This document shows, in pieces, positions 25,517 to 35,067 of a stretch of DNA of 64,000 nt. Source of the stretch: a virus. The stretch spans positions 1 through 64,000 of the IMG/VR virus record IMGVR_UViG_3300042894_002308; one strand, written 5' to 3'. The notes below the pieces were generated by a model. The model did no database searches. It saw nothing but the letters and a program-made list of their open reading frames with translations, and had not been told where the DNA came from. The position numbers and the translations under genes were made by a program. Within the stretch, counting starts at the first letter, position 1; each line of letters opens with the position of its first letter.

Positions 25517-26379
25517 TCTTTTTTCAACTTATCTTGCATTGTCTTCAAGGCTTCGGATGCCCATGCATAGGCTTCATTGCCATGCTTTTTAGGACCCTCT
25601 TTTACAATAGCCAAGATTTTTCCAAGACGCTGACTTGGTTGTTCAGTTCCTTTGAACATTCCTTTAGGTGCTCCGCTTGAATTTGGACTTTTTGATGGAG
25701 TCTCGGAATCAGAACCTTTAGCAACACGACCACGCTGTGGTTTAGTCTCTTCATCTGAATTTTCATTCATCATTTTTGAAATTTTAGAGGTAATTGATTC
25801 TCTTACTGTTTGCCAGTTTGCAGTTGGAATAGAATATTGGTAGCCATCTTCTGGGTCTGCATAATCATGAGCATCTTCTTCTGCTTCGCGTCTTTTTCTA
25901 TTTGCCAAAGCATCTTTACGAATTTCTGCGGCTTGTACCATTTCATCTTCAAAATCTGACAAATCCGGATCAGCCATGACACCATCTTGTCCATCTACAG
26001 CAACTTCATTTGCATTGCCATCTGGCTTTGCATCAATTGGACCTGTGTTCTGTGCCATTTGAGCCAATCGTTCTGCTCGTTTCATTTTAGTAATATTTAC
26101 ATATGCACCAACATCACCATCTGCCAATGCAATGCTAGTAGGTGAAGGTTTACCAAGACGAGAAATTGCGTCTTTTACATCCTCAGGATGTGCGCTAGGA
26201 GAATCTGGGTTAATAACTGGGGCTACAGGCATTTGACCCATTAATGCGGCTCGTTGAGCAGGGTCTGTAATTTTTGCAGCCTTGGCTTCGTTAATCATAC
26301 GAAAACCATTTTGTTGGGCTTCTAATCCAGCACGATTTAATTGGTGAATCCAACTGTAATAACCTTTATTGTTCTTCAT
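25513..26379 (-). CDS. Late acidic protein, probable internal head protein
   Basis: CTAAATA 5 nt before ATG; MINE, VRE, MNE protease-like sites. Confidence 0.7.
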   Translation of the reverse strand: MKNNKGYYSWIHQLNRAGLEAQQNGFRMINEAKAAKITDPAQRAALMGQMPVAPVINPDSPSAHPEDVKDAISRLGKPSPTSIALADGDVGAYVNITKMKRAERLAQMAQNTGPIDAKPDGNANEVAVDGQDGVMADPDLSDFEDEMVQAAEIRKDALANRKRREAEEDAHDYADPEDGYQYSIPTANWQTVRESITSKISKMMNENSDEETKPQRGRVAKGSDSETPSKSPNSSGAPKGMFKGTEQPSQRLGKILAIVKEGPKKHGNEAYAWASEALKTMQDKLKKD

Positions 26380-26427
26380 ATCAATATTTAGATTTGACTT
26401 CTGTTATACATGATATATACTTGTATC

Positions 26428-26562
26428 ATGACTTATGGTTCAAACGGTGCAGGTAAGGGAAGTTCCCCCAGACACGTAAATTTGGAACAATATGGCAAAA
26501 ATTATGAAGCAATTTTTAAGAAGAAGCCAGTAAAGAAAAAGTCTAAAAAATCACCTAAATAA
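26428..26562 (+). CDS. 44-aa basic peptide (MTYGSNGAGKGSSPRHVNLEQYGKNYEAIFKK...)
   Basis: TTGACT(26394)-N16-TATACT(26416)-N6-ATG; GKGS.PR..Y..NY..IF motif familiar from small phage proteins. Confidence 0.7.
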   Translation: MTYGSNGAGKGSSPRHVNLEQYGKNYEAIFKKKPVKKKSKKSPK

Positions 26563-26567
26563 ACTAC

Positions 26568-26650
26568 GCAAGAGTACTCAAGCGGTCAACGAGGGCAGAC
26601 TGTAAATCTGCTGATTAATTTCTACGAAGGTTCAAATCCCTCCTCTTGCA
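26568..26650 (+). tRNA. tRNA-Tyr(GUA)
   Basis: Acceptor GCAAGAG/CTCTTGC, anticodon arm GCAGA-CTGTAAA-TCTGC, long variable arm, TTCAAAT. Confidence 0.92.
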
Positions 26651-26670
26651 TTCAGCCAAATAATATAAAA

Positions 26671-26934
26671 ATGTATACATCTAATAAACAGCATGAATAT
26701 GATCCATATCTACAAGACTTTGGATCAAAACAAGTTGGTATCAATCAAGCACTTAATGATAGAATGAAAATTATAGAACTTCAAAATTCTGCTTTAAATA
26801 TAAAAATAAAAAAACTTGAGGAAATGATTGCAAAAATGTCTATTAATACTAATGAAACGTTAGAACAAAAATTAGAAGAAATGACTGATAAACTAGATGA
26901 TCTTCAATCTAGGATTGATTTACTTGACGAATAA
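26671..26934 (+). CDS. Coiled-coil hypothetical protein
   Basis: ORF track; heptad pattern. Confidence 0.65.
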   Translation: MYTSNKQHEYDPYLQDFGSKQVGINQALNDRMKIIELQNSALNIKIKKLEEMIAKMSINTNETLEQKLEEMTDKLDDLQSRIDLLDE

Positions 26935-26957
26935 ATAAACCGGAGTATACTCTTATT

Positions 26958-27131
26958 ATGCCTAACTCAAAACAACGTATTACTAAACGTGCTCATAAGA
27001 AGCGTGAAGAACGCATGAAGCGCAATCGTATTCAGAGCCTTATGAAGGCTCGTGTTGGTACACTTCGCAGTCTTGACGCGAGTGGACAACTTCCTGTATG
27101 TGTCAAGGAAAAGAGACTGCCCAATGGCTAA
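26958..27131 (+). CDS. 57-aa basic protein (MPNSKQRITKRAHKKREE...)
   Basis: TTGACG(26924)-N16-TATACT(26946)-N6-ATG; translated by eye. Confidence 0.65.
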   Translation: MPNSKQRITKRAHKKREERMKRNRIQSLMKARVGTLRSLDASGQLPVCVKEKRLPNG

Positions 27132-27423
27132 GACTGTTATAAACATGACTCTTGCAGATGTTCGCAAGAAATATGATTCTATTGATTGTTTTTTCACTTA
27201 CTATGATGGTGAAAAAGCTTCGTTTGATTTTTATGGTACTGATGCATCAGGTGCTGAAGTTCGTATTTCTCTTGGCGGGTGTTCTGCCTGGATTAAGAAC
27301 ATGGCATTTGGTCCAAAGGATCCACTAAATATTAGTGACGCAATGAGTCGTCACGTTCGCTATGTTTCTGTCACGGATAACCGTGCTAAATTGGTTTACG
27401 AACAAATTTTTGATACTAACTAA
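27124..27423 (+). CDS. Hypothetical protein (MAKTVINM...)
   Basis: Start reassigned to ATG 27124, overlapping the upstream gene end. Confidence 0.65.
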   Translation: MAKTVINMTLADVRKKYDSIDCFFTYYDGEKASFDFYGTDASGAEVRISLGGCSAWIKNMAFGPKDPLNISDAMSRHVRYVSVTDNRAKLVYEQIFDTN

Positions 27424-27431
27424 GGAAAGAT

Positions 27432-27866
27432 ATGAATAATTCAGATTTTAATGATTTTAGAAACTGGCAAAATGGCGATGATGGCGAAGAAAACAATCCA
27501 AATAACGGATTCTTCTTCTTTGGTAATTCTAGCCCAGAATTCAAGAAGATGTGGGATCAAATGCGTAATGGTGAAAATCCTGCAGATAGTCTTCGTGACT
27601 ATCTTAACATGGATGACATTTTAAATCAATGGACTAAAGAAAATCAAAAAAAACCATTTAATAAAAATAATCCACCAAAACATTCTCGTAGACCTATTCG
27701 ACATAAGCCTAAGACTACACCATTTACTCAAGAAGAATATTTTAAACTTATTGAGATTCGTGGATACCTTGCTATTCAAGAACAGTATGCACATGTTAAG
27801 GCATTAGATAAGTTGCTGAATCAGATTATAATTAAGCCAATAGATAATTCAGGAGAATTTCAATGA
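27432..27866 (+). CDS. Hypothetical protein
   Basis: AAGGA SD; ORF track. Confidence 0.7.
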   Translation: MNNSDFNDFRNWQNGDDGEENNPNNGFFFFGNSSPEFKKMWDQMRNGENPADSLRDYLNMDDILNQWTKENQKKPFNKNNPPKHSRRPIRHKPKTTPFTQEEYFKLIEIRGYLAIQEQYAHVKALDKLLNQIIIKPIDNSGEFQ

Positions 27867-28075
27867 CATATATTCCAGGTGAAGCGTATAAAAAAGGTTA
27901 TGCAGCCCGTATGGGTGGTGCAGAAAGAGCATCGAATGTAAATGAGTCTACCAGTGTGTATTGGGAAGAGTGGGCTACTGGTTGGGACGATGCTAACACT
28001 AAGGTAATTACAGAAGCCAGACAAAATGCTGGTTGTTCAAAACCTAAGTGTTGTAAGACATTTATTCAGGAATAA
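27863..28075 (+). CDS. Small protein with AY..GY.A..W..GW.D motif (ribosome-modulation-factor-like pattern)
   Basis: EAYKKGYAARMGG...EEWATGWDDA. Confidence 0.55.
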   Translation: MTYIPGEAYKKGYAARMGGAERASNVNESTSVYWEEWATGWDDANTKVITEARQNAGCSKPKCCKTFIQE

Positions 28076-28100
28076 AAAAACCCCCGAAAGGGGGTTTTTT
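28075..28100. terminator. Bidirectional rho-independent terminator
   Basis: AAAAAACCCCC-GAAA-GGGGGTTTTTT between convergent genes. Confidence 0.9.
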
Positions 28101-29644
28101 TATCTGGCTCTTCTTAGATTTGGTGCTAAAATTCTTTGAATTTGTCTATTAAGTTTAGGACTAAGCATTTTTTCCATTGCTGTAAGAATATCTGTTTTTG
28201 ATGTTGAAACAGAACCTGGACCAGATAATTCTTTTGCTACTTCTGCAACAGTAGGTTCCCGTCCTCTTACTTTATATTCAACTCTACCTTTGCTAGGTCT
28301 TGCACTTAATTTTGGTTTAGCAGATGATCCACCATATTTTGTAATAAGATCTGGTGTAATTTGTGTAACTAATCCTGGAAAATTATAAGGTTTTGTGGAT
28401 CTTCCTGGTGTAACCACCCAACGTAAATCTGGAGATATATCTAAAAGACCTTGTTGAAATATTTTTCCAAGTTGTTTTTGCGATCTTGCACCTATTTGTT
28501 CAGTTGTTTTACGTATTTTTGATTTTTGATCAGAAGTTAATGTACGCCCACGTTCAAACATTTTTTTTACTGTTGCGTCAAATTGTGGTAAGCCTGGAAA
28601 TAAATTTTTCTGATCATCGGAGATATGCTTAAATGGAGATGTATTATCACCTTTATAGTCTGCTGGTGACCATATTCCATCTTTAAATGTCCAGCCATCT
28701 GCACCACCAGTACTTACTTCACTTGATGCAACTGGAATCAATCTGTCTGCAGTTTCATCTTGATGACTTTTACCACCCTTTGTTAAATCTGCTGTAGCAG
28801 AAAACAAAAAACCAGATCTTTGTGTTTTTGCGCCTCTTTTTGGTTTGCCTGTATTTGGATTAATATCTTTTTCAGGTGGCTTGATAATGTTTTGTGCTGC
28901 TATATTTACCAAGTCTCTAGCAGCACTAGAATATGATTCTTTCAATTGTTTCTTTTCTTTATTTGAAAAGTTAATCCAATGAACATTGGAAGTACCTGTA
29001 TCAGGATCAACTGATCTTAAAGCAACTGCTCCGGTTGGATTTCTTAATTGATATCTACGAACATATTTTTTTGTCTCACTATCGGGAACATATTTCCAGT
29101 CGCTGGCACCTTGAAATTGTTTAAATTCTTCAGGACAAACATCAAACATCTCACATGAATCTAAACCCTTCAACACAGGCTTACGACGTTGCATAGGAGC
29201 CATTACAGGGTCCATACCCGATACTTGACCCGTATTGTAGCCAGGAGAGCCTCCAGCAGCTGCCATGCCTCCTGAGCTCATATCCTCCACTAATGCAATA
29301 TAGCTTACTTCTGGGTATCCTTGAATAACCAATTGACCTTCCATGAGTCCAGCATACTCTGCCTTTGTAATACCAAAAGTATTTGCTTCTTCTCCAAACA
29401 ATTGCAAAGTACTGAGATAATTTCCAAGTTTGGCTTTTGTCATGCCAAAAGGAAGTTCCTCAAATATTTTCTTTAATTTAATAATAAGGTATTCTAAAGG
29501 ATCAATACTGCTCTCTGGCTTTAGAAAATTTCCTTGAGCATCTATGGCACCAGCTTTGAATGCCTGAAAAGATGTATAAGAAGCCGAAATTCCTTCTGCA
29601 AACTTGTAAAAGTAAAACGATGGAATGTATGAAGGGCTTCCCAT
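28100..29644 (-). CDS. Late protein with T4-like conserved N-terminal region and variable C-terminus
   Basis: AF..GAID..G..L motif; LVE and LKE sites; ATAAATA upstream. Confidence 0.7.
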   Translation of the reverse strand: MGSPSYIPSFYFYKFAEGISASYTSFQAFKAGAIDAQGNFLKPESSIDPLEYLIIKLKKIFEELPFGMTKAKLGNYLSTLQLFGEEANTFGITKAEYAGLMEGQLVIQGYPEVSYIALVEDMSSGGMAAAGGSPGYNTGQVSGMDPVMAPMQRRKPVLKGLDSCEMFDVCPEEFKQFQGASDWKYVPDSETKKYVRRYQLRNPTGAVALRSVDPDTGTSNVHWINFSNKEKKQLKESYSSAARDLVNIAAQNIIKPPEKDINPNTGKPKRGAKTQRSGFLFSATADLTKGGKSHQDETADRLIPVASSEVSTGGADGWTFKDGIWSPADYKGDNTSPFKHISDDQKNLFPGLPQFDATVKKMFERGRTLTSDQKSKIRKTTEQIGARSQKQLGKIFQQGLLDISPDLRWVVTPGRSTKPYNFPGLVTQITPDLITKYGGSSAKPKLSARPSKGRVEYKVRGREPTVAEVAKELSGPGSVSTSKTDILTAMEKMLSPKLNRQIQRILAPNLRRAR

Positions 29645-29654
29645 ATATTATTAT

Positions 29655-30044
29655 TTATTGTTCTGTCTGTGTCAACTTTCTATCTACTCTTGGATCGGTA
29701 TTTAATTCAGAGTACTTTACTTCTGGCAAAGTTTTGATGTTAAATTCCAAAAATATAAGAAAGGATTTAAGATAAGAATAGAGTCTAGGCTCAACTCTGA
29801 AGAATAAAATACGAGCAGTATTTTCTTCTCCAAAGACATTTTTTAATATTATAATGTGATTAAGAATCAAACGTTCTCTGATGGACTTGAGAGTCTTGTG
29901 TTTATGAATTTTCTGTAATAATCTTTTAACGTATTTTATACGCTTCAAATCATCCATGAACTCTGCTTTACCAGAGCATTCTCTATTAAAATAACAACCC
30001 TGACAGAATTCTGTAAAATTTTCTTCTGTCAGGGGTTTATTCAT
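29655..30044 (-). CDS. Conserved T4-like phage hypothetical protein
   Basis: EF.DDLKRIKY.KRLL...ERLILNHIIIL.NVFG pattern familiar from marine/freshwater T4-like phages. Confidence 0.75.
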   Translation of the reverse strand: MNKPLTEENFTEFCQGCYFNRECSGKAEFMDDLKRIKYVKRLLQKIHKHKTLKSIRERLILNHIIILKNVFGEENTARILFFRVEPRLYSYLKSFLIFLEFNIKTLPEVKYSELNTDPRVDRKLTQTEQ

Positions 30045-30057
30045 TTCAATTAATGTT

Positions 30058-30615
30058 TCAATGTTGGCACCCGCAATCATTTGCACTCGTTTCCATATTA
30101 TATGAAGAAGATTCAGTTGGAACTATGACAAATGTTACGCGTCGCAAATGGTTTGGTTGTTTTTCAATATTTACACTAAGCGCAAGAGAATAACCAAGTT
30201 TTTCCTTGATTCCATCTCCCTGACTAAAACCAGTTTTGTTAACATCATCATAAGGATTTTGTCCGTATATACCTAGCTGTGGGCTACCATATTGGACTAA
30301 CTCTAACATATTTAACCCATCACTTAAACTCTTTTTGGGCATACCAAAATCTAGTCCAACAAGATTTAATTTATTTTTTACAACACCAAGAACGCCATCT
30401 GGATCAATATAATCTCTAGATGACAAAGAGTATAACATTGCGTTTATCGCATCAATGTGTCTTGGCATCTGAAGATTGTGGGTACCTTTGTCGGTAAGCA
30501 CAGATGGACCTAGTTTTCCTTGTGGATCTCCAATATAAAGACCACCACCAAAGGTGTGTTCACCAGCATTTTCGACAAGTTCATTGATTTTATTGAGAAG
30601 GGCTTTAAATTTCAT
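30058..30615 (-). CDS. Late hypothetical protein
   Basis: AAGGA SD; leader-like MKFKALLNKINELVE. Confidence 0.7.
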   Translation of the reverse strand: MKFKALLNKINELVENAGEHTFGGGLYIGDPQGKLGPSVLTDKGTHNLQMPRHIDAINAMLYSLSSRDYIDPDGVLGVVKNKLNLVGLDFGMPKKSLSDGLNMLELVQYGSPQLGIYGQNPYDDVNKTGFSQGDGIKEKLGYSLALSVNIEKQPNHLRRVTFVIVPTESSSYNMETSANDCGCQH

Positions 30616-30624
30616 GGCTTTCCT

Positions 30625-31383
30625 TTATTTAGTTCTGTATTTTATTAGTCCATATAAATCTGAATTGTATTCAATATTATTCAAATTTTTGAGAGTATCG
30701 TGGGCAATACTTTTAATAAAGTCCTTGCACTTCCCACCAGGTGAAACGTTTTCTTTTAACATAGAGGTTACGGATTTAGTACTCCATGTTTTGCATGCCC
30801 AATACCGTGCTTTCCATTTTGGTCCCGGATTATCACAGTTATGACGAGCACGAAAGTTTTTGCGACGAGCAGGATCATCGCGTTTAATTTCCATGGTCTT
30901 ATCTCCAAAATTTACTTTAACAACATTTCCTTTATCATTCTTGACGTAAACTTTATATTTTTTTACATCACCTTTCATGATCTTATTGAGCTTTACTTTT
31001 TTATTTGCTTCTTCATGAATTTCAATGATATCACCGTATTCGTTGTATTCTTCACCCTCAGTTACATCAACAAATCCAATAATTTTATTTGGAGCAAAAG
31101 TTTCAATTAGTTCACATCCGTTTTTATCTGTGAACGTTACCTTATAGTTATTTTCATTAATTTCAATTGCATCAACATTTAAAATGTTTCCAGATTCATT
31201 TATAACAACATCACATGGTTTAATATCTTTAATTTCTATAGATGAAAAAGGAACAGATGGTATATAAGTCATTGTTTCAACAATGAATTTGTTGGAAGAT
31301 TGTTGAATGGCTATGACACGTTCATTCAAACCAACTTTGGTCTGAATCTTGTTCATAATCATATTGACATATTTCCTACTCAT
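30625..31383 (-). CDS. Late protein with conserved basic domain
   Basis: KKYKVYVKN..VVKVNFGD..RRKNFRARHNCD..KARYWACK.W. Confidence 0.75.
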   Translation of the reverse strand: MSRKYVNMIMNKIQTKVGLNERVIAIQQSSNKFIVETMTYIPSVPFSSIEIKDIKPCDVVINESGNILNVDAIEINENNYKVTFTDKNGCELIETFAPNKIIGFVDVTEGEEYNEYGDIIEIHEEANKKVKLNKIMKGDVKKYKVYVKNDKGNVVKVNFGDKTMEIKRDDPARRKNFRARHNCDNPGPKWKARYWACKTWSTKSVTSMLKENVSPGGKCKDFIKSIAHDTLKNLNNIEYNSDLYGLIKYRTK

Positions 31384-33755
31384 TTCCAGCTATCCTTATT
31401 TTGTTTTTCACCTTCGTGATGACCATTATCAGATCTATTAGCAGAACGATCTCTTACACGTAAATTATTTATACCGTTTGATCCACCACTACGAAGAGCT
31501 TTTTTATGGTCAATGTCTTTACCATCTCCTTTTTTAGCTCTTCCTTTTTTAATCATTTCTTCTCTGGCTTTAGTTCGTGATGCACGCTCTTTGCGTTGCT
31601 TTGATTTACCATGATAATTCTTGTATTCTTTTTTGTAATCTCTTTCGTATTCTTCTTCAATAAAATCTTTTATTAAAGTTTGTAGCAATAGTGGATTACT
31701 TTGAATTCTTGCTTTTGCATTTTCAAAAATTGATTTCATATTGATCATTACATATTCAGAATCTTCCAAAAGCATGTTTCGTGAATTCGATATTAATGCA
31801 CCTTCAGAATCATTTAAGATTTCATAGTTTACCAAATTAGCTAAAACAAAATTATTTGTAAGTGCTTCAACAAGAAGATCATTTAACATTATAATTTCTT
31901 CACCAAGAACTTGGTTGGTGACATTATCATCTGTTAATACTGGAATCTTAGTTGTTTTATTGTCTATTGTAATGTAGTTATATTGAATCGAATTAAGATC
32001 TTTTGGTTTGAAACCAGGCAATAAACTGGCATTTAATGAGAAATCATTATTACTAGTTATATAACCAACCATGATCTGCATTGGATCAATTTTGGTTTTA
32101 TCTACTAAGATATCTTTCAATCCCATTTTCTTTTGTTTGGGTTCTGTTGCTTCTACTACAGTTGTAAATTTCTTTAACTGTTCTGCTGCAGCAGGATTAT
32201 ATCTTTGTATGTTGGATGCAGTCATTACATCTTTAGCCCGTTTGACATCTAATGTAGCATCATTTGAAATGCTATCAAAATAATCATCTGTCATCGGTAA
32301 AATACCATTAACAGTTATAAGATGATTGGGTGCAGTCTCAGGAGGAACAATTCCATCACCACGTAACATAGTTTTTAATAGGTTTGATGATACATATTTT
32401 TTAAGAGGATTATCTTTTTTACCTTTTAATAAATCGTATGCACCGTCTTCCCATGCTTTTTGATAATTGATCATAGATGCTAGAGGATTTAAATTTCCTT
32501 CTTCATCTACTACAGTTCCTATTTGTTGTCCGGATGCATCTTTAATAGGAGTGTTTTGTAATTTTTTCAACATTTCAGGATCCTTGCGAATCTCTGACAT
32601 GGCGTTATCGGGAACAAGCATTTGAGAGAACTGAGAAGCAATTTCACCAGTTTTTTGTAGAGTCTCAGAAATTCTTGGATCTGATGCTGTTAGATCAGGG
32701 TTGCTTAAGGCTTGAGTCAAAGCGTTAGCCACAAAGCCTTTAAAGTTTTTATTTGATTGATTGAAATCGGTTGATGAAAAAGCTATTTCACCACCAGCAG
32801 CAACCTTGAAACGGTACTCACCACAAGACATATCGGAAGCACCTTCAGAATTAACTGGCTTACCTGTTGTCTCAACGTTTGTTAAAAGAGTTTGTAGGCA
32901 CTGATCACCAATCTGTGATAAGATTTTTCTGGCAGTAAAGAACGCAGTTCTGGTAAATTCTCTACCACCTGGAGCCAATGCAAGATATGTTTGCATTTCT
33001 TGTTCGCTTGCGCCTGCTTTAATCTTAGCAAGAAAAACAACTGCATTCAATACTTGTTGGTTGTAAGGAACTCCGCTTATGTCACTTAGACCGTATGCTA
33101 CAGTTAGTTTTTCATAAGTTAATTCATCAAAATCAGAATTAGGAGTGGGCTGACGCATCATCTGGAAATACTGATTACGCAGTTCAGGTGGCATTTGAAG
33201 CAACTGTTCTGGTGTCATCTGAGTCATGGTCTGGAACATTTGTTCCTTATCCATTTTCTTTGCTTTGGTTTTTTCAGACTTTTCAGTTTCTTCTGCTGAC
33301 TTTGGACTTACAGATTTTCTCTCTGAAGTTTCTTCTTTTTTCTTAGATCTTTCGTCTTTATCATCACTACCTTGTTTCACATTTCCAAATAATAATTTAG
33401 AAGCTCTGGTCTGTTCAAACCCCTTTTCTTGGGTAGCTCGCTTGGCTTCATCAACAGTCATGTCTTGTTTATTAAGTTTTTGGTGATATCCCTTGTTAAA
33501 GGAATCTTTAAAAATTAATTGTACATTTCCACTGTTTGTCTTTACTAAAATAACATCTTTAATAAGTTCTTGTGCAGGCTTCTTATCTCTTGGTATCTGT
33601 TTGGATCTTTCAATTTTTTTACGGGCTGCATCTTTAGCTTTATTGTCACCAGCACCAGCTTTTGCTGTTTCCAACTGTCCAGCCATAGCAGAACCATCAG
33701 CCTCATTAAGGATTGCGTGTTTGGCAATTTGATTTAAAAAAGTGTTAAAGTTCAT
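31380..33755 (-). CDS. Large late protein with C-terminal HNH nuclease domain
   Basis: RDYKKEY..GDGKDIDHK..NGINNLRV..NRSDN; leader ending ILNE. Confidence 0.75.
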   Translation of the reverse strand: MNFNTFLNQIAKHAILNEADGSAMAGQLETAKAGAGDNKAKDAARKKIERSKQIPRDKKPAQELIKDVILVKTNSGNVQLIFKDSFNKGYHQKLNKQDMTVDEAKRATQEKGFEQTRASKLLFGNVKQGSDDKDERSKKKEETSERKSVSPKSAEETEKSEKTKAKKMDKEQMFQTMTQMTPEQLLQMPPELRNQYFQMMRQPTPNSDFDELTYEKLTVAYGLSDISGVPYNQQVLNAVVFLAKIKAGASEQEMQTYLALAPGGREFTRTAFFTARKILSQIGDQCLQTLLTNVETTGKPVNSEGASDMSCGEYRFKVAAGGEIAFSSTDFNQSNKNFKGFVANALTQALSNPDLTASDPRISETLQKTGEIASQFSQMLVPDNAMSEIRKDPEMLKKLQNTPIKDASGQQIGTVVDEEGNLNPLASMINYQKAWEDGAYDLLKGKKDNPLKKYVSSNLLKTMLRGDGIVPPETAPNHLITVNGILPMTDDYFDSISNDATLDVKRAKDVMTASNIQRYNPAAAEQLKKFTTVVEATEPKQKKMGLKDILVDKTKIDPMQIMVGYITSNNDFSLNASLLPGFKPKDLNSIQYNYITIDNKTTKIPVLTDDNVTNQVLGEEIIMLNDLLVEALTNNFVLANLVNYEILNDSEGALISNSRNMLLEDSEYVMINMKSIFENAKARIQSNPLLLQTLIKDFIEEEYERDYKKEYKNYHGKSKQRKERASRTKAREEMIKKGRAKKGDGKDIDHKKALRSGGSNGINNLRVRDRSANRSDNGHHEGEKQNKDSWK

Positions 33756-33761
33756 CTCAAA

Positions 33762-34364
33762 TTATTTAGGCTCCTGGGAATGCTTATATTTTTCTAAAGG
33801 ATTATAAACTTTTAAATTTTTATAAGTTTTAGCTTTGCCGTTTACCAGTTTTTTAAGAGCAGAATAGTCTAGATTGTTTTGCTTGGCAAACTGAGAAAGA
33901 TTGGGAATAGTCATAACTAAGTCAGTTGTAGTATCAACCAATATGTACAATTTTGTAGTCATTATGGTTTTGGCTTTTGGTTCTTCCAATTTTTCATGAG
34001 AACCAATTCCATCTTTTACTTCACGAATTTCGACTGCTGTCCAACCTTTGTAAGTCTTTCGTTTACCGTTTAACAGTTCACAAATCTTTACAGAAGTCAT
34101 GCCTTGACTTTCTGCAAATTGAGACATATCTTTAAAAAAAGTCTTTTCTCCAGTATCAACTCGTTTTAGCCAATACCCATTTTTTTCTGCAATTGGATTG
34201 GTCCATTTCCAATATCTTCCATTTCTAGTAAAAAAACCACCATGTGTGTCAATGAATTGACTTCTGTGTTTTATAGCCTTAGAATTATCATTCATCATCA
34301 CCCAAAGTTTTGTTCCTCTGGTATTGACAGTTTCTTCTAAAGTTTTTTCTTTATGAAATTCCAT
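33762..34364 (-). CDS. Repeat DNA-binding protein (homing-endonuclease-associated/NUMOD-like repeats)
   Basis: Two copies of SQFA..(GM/NL)....L.NGK.KTYK. Confidence 0.6.
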   Translation of the reverse strand: MEFHKEKTLEETVNTRGTKLWVMMNDNSKAIKHRSQFIDTHGGFFTRNGRYWKWTNPIAEKNGYWLKRVDTGEKTFFKDMSQFAESQGMTSVKICELLNGKRKTYKGWTAVEIREVKDGIGSHEKLEEPKAKTIMTTKLYILVDTTTDLVMTIPNLSQFAKQNNLDYSALKKLVNGKAKTYKNLKVYNPLEKYKHSQEPK

Positions 34365-35031
34365 TTAATTCCTTATATTCAGTTATCAAACTTTTTAAAT
34401 ATTTGACATATGAAATTGGGTTTCCTTGAAAAACTTGGCTTAATCCATCTTCACACGCAATTAATATAGCAAAATTATCTATAATAATTCCAGTTCTTTC
34501 TTGAAACATCAAAGAATACGCACATGCTTGGGCAAAATAGGTATCAATATCTTTTTCACGTTTTTCTTTTGTACTTGCTTTAAAATCTATAATTGATAAT
34601 TTACCATCATATTCTGCTATACAATCAGTTCTTCCAGCTAAACCAAGAGTCTTTGACCATAATGGGGTTTCTAATGCAATTATATTATTTATTTTATGTA
34701 ATTCTGGTTTCATCAATGAAAACAAACCTTTATAGCTAGAATGAAGATTGTCATAATCTATTTCTTCATTCTTTAAATATGATTCTATTATGCTATGGAA
34801 TTTGGTTCCTCGTGTTGTAACACGCATACTTTCCTCTGGATTTTTTGCTCTCCATCCAGCAAAGAATTGTTGTTTCTTAAAACCAACAACAGTTGTTACA
34901 GATGGAAAAATTCCCTCTGGAGTTTCGTACAGACGTTTTCCATCTGTTGAAACTTCTTTGAGGGAACCAAGGATTTCGATAGGTTTATGTACAAACGGTA
35001 TTGATGAATTTATTAACATATATTTACACAC
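34351..35031 (-). CDS. PD-(D/E)xK exonuclease
   Basis: PSVTTV, RGTKFH, E.PL, LAGRTDCI, IIDFKAS, Q..AY. Confidence 0.85.
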   Translation of the reverse strand: MCKYMLINSSIPFVHKPIEILGSLKEVSTDGKRLYETPEGIFPSVTTVVGFKKQQFFAGWRAKNPEESMRVTTRGTKFHSIIESYLKNEEIDYDNLHSSYKGLFSLMKPELHKINNIIALETPLWSKTLGLAGRTDCIAEYDGKLSIIDFKASTKEKREKDIDTYFAQACAYSLMFQERTGIIIDNFAILIACEDGLSQVFQGNPISYVKYLKSLITEYKELNGIS

Positions 35032-35067
35032 TTTAATTATAACAGCATATTTAAACTATGCAATTAT

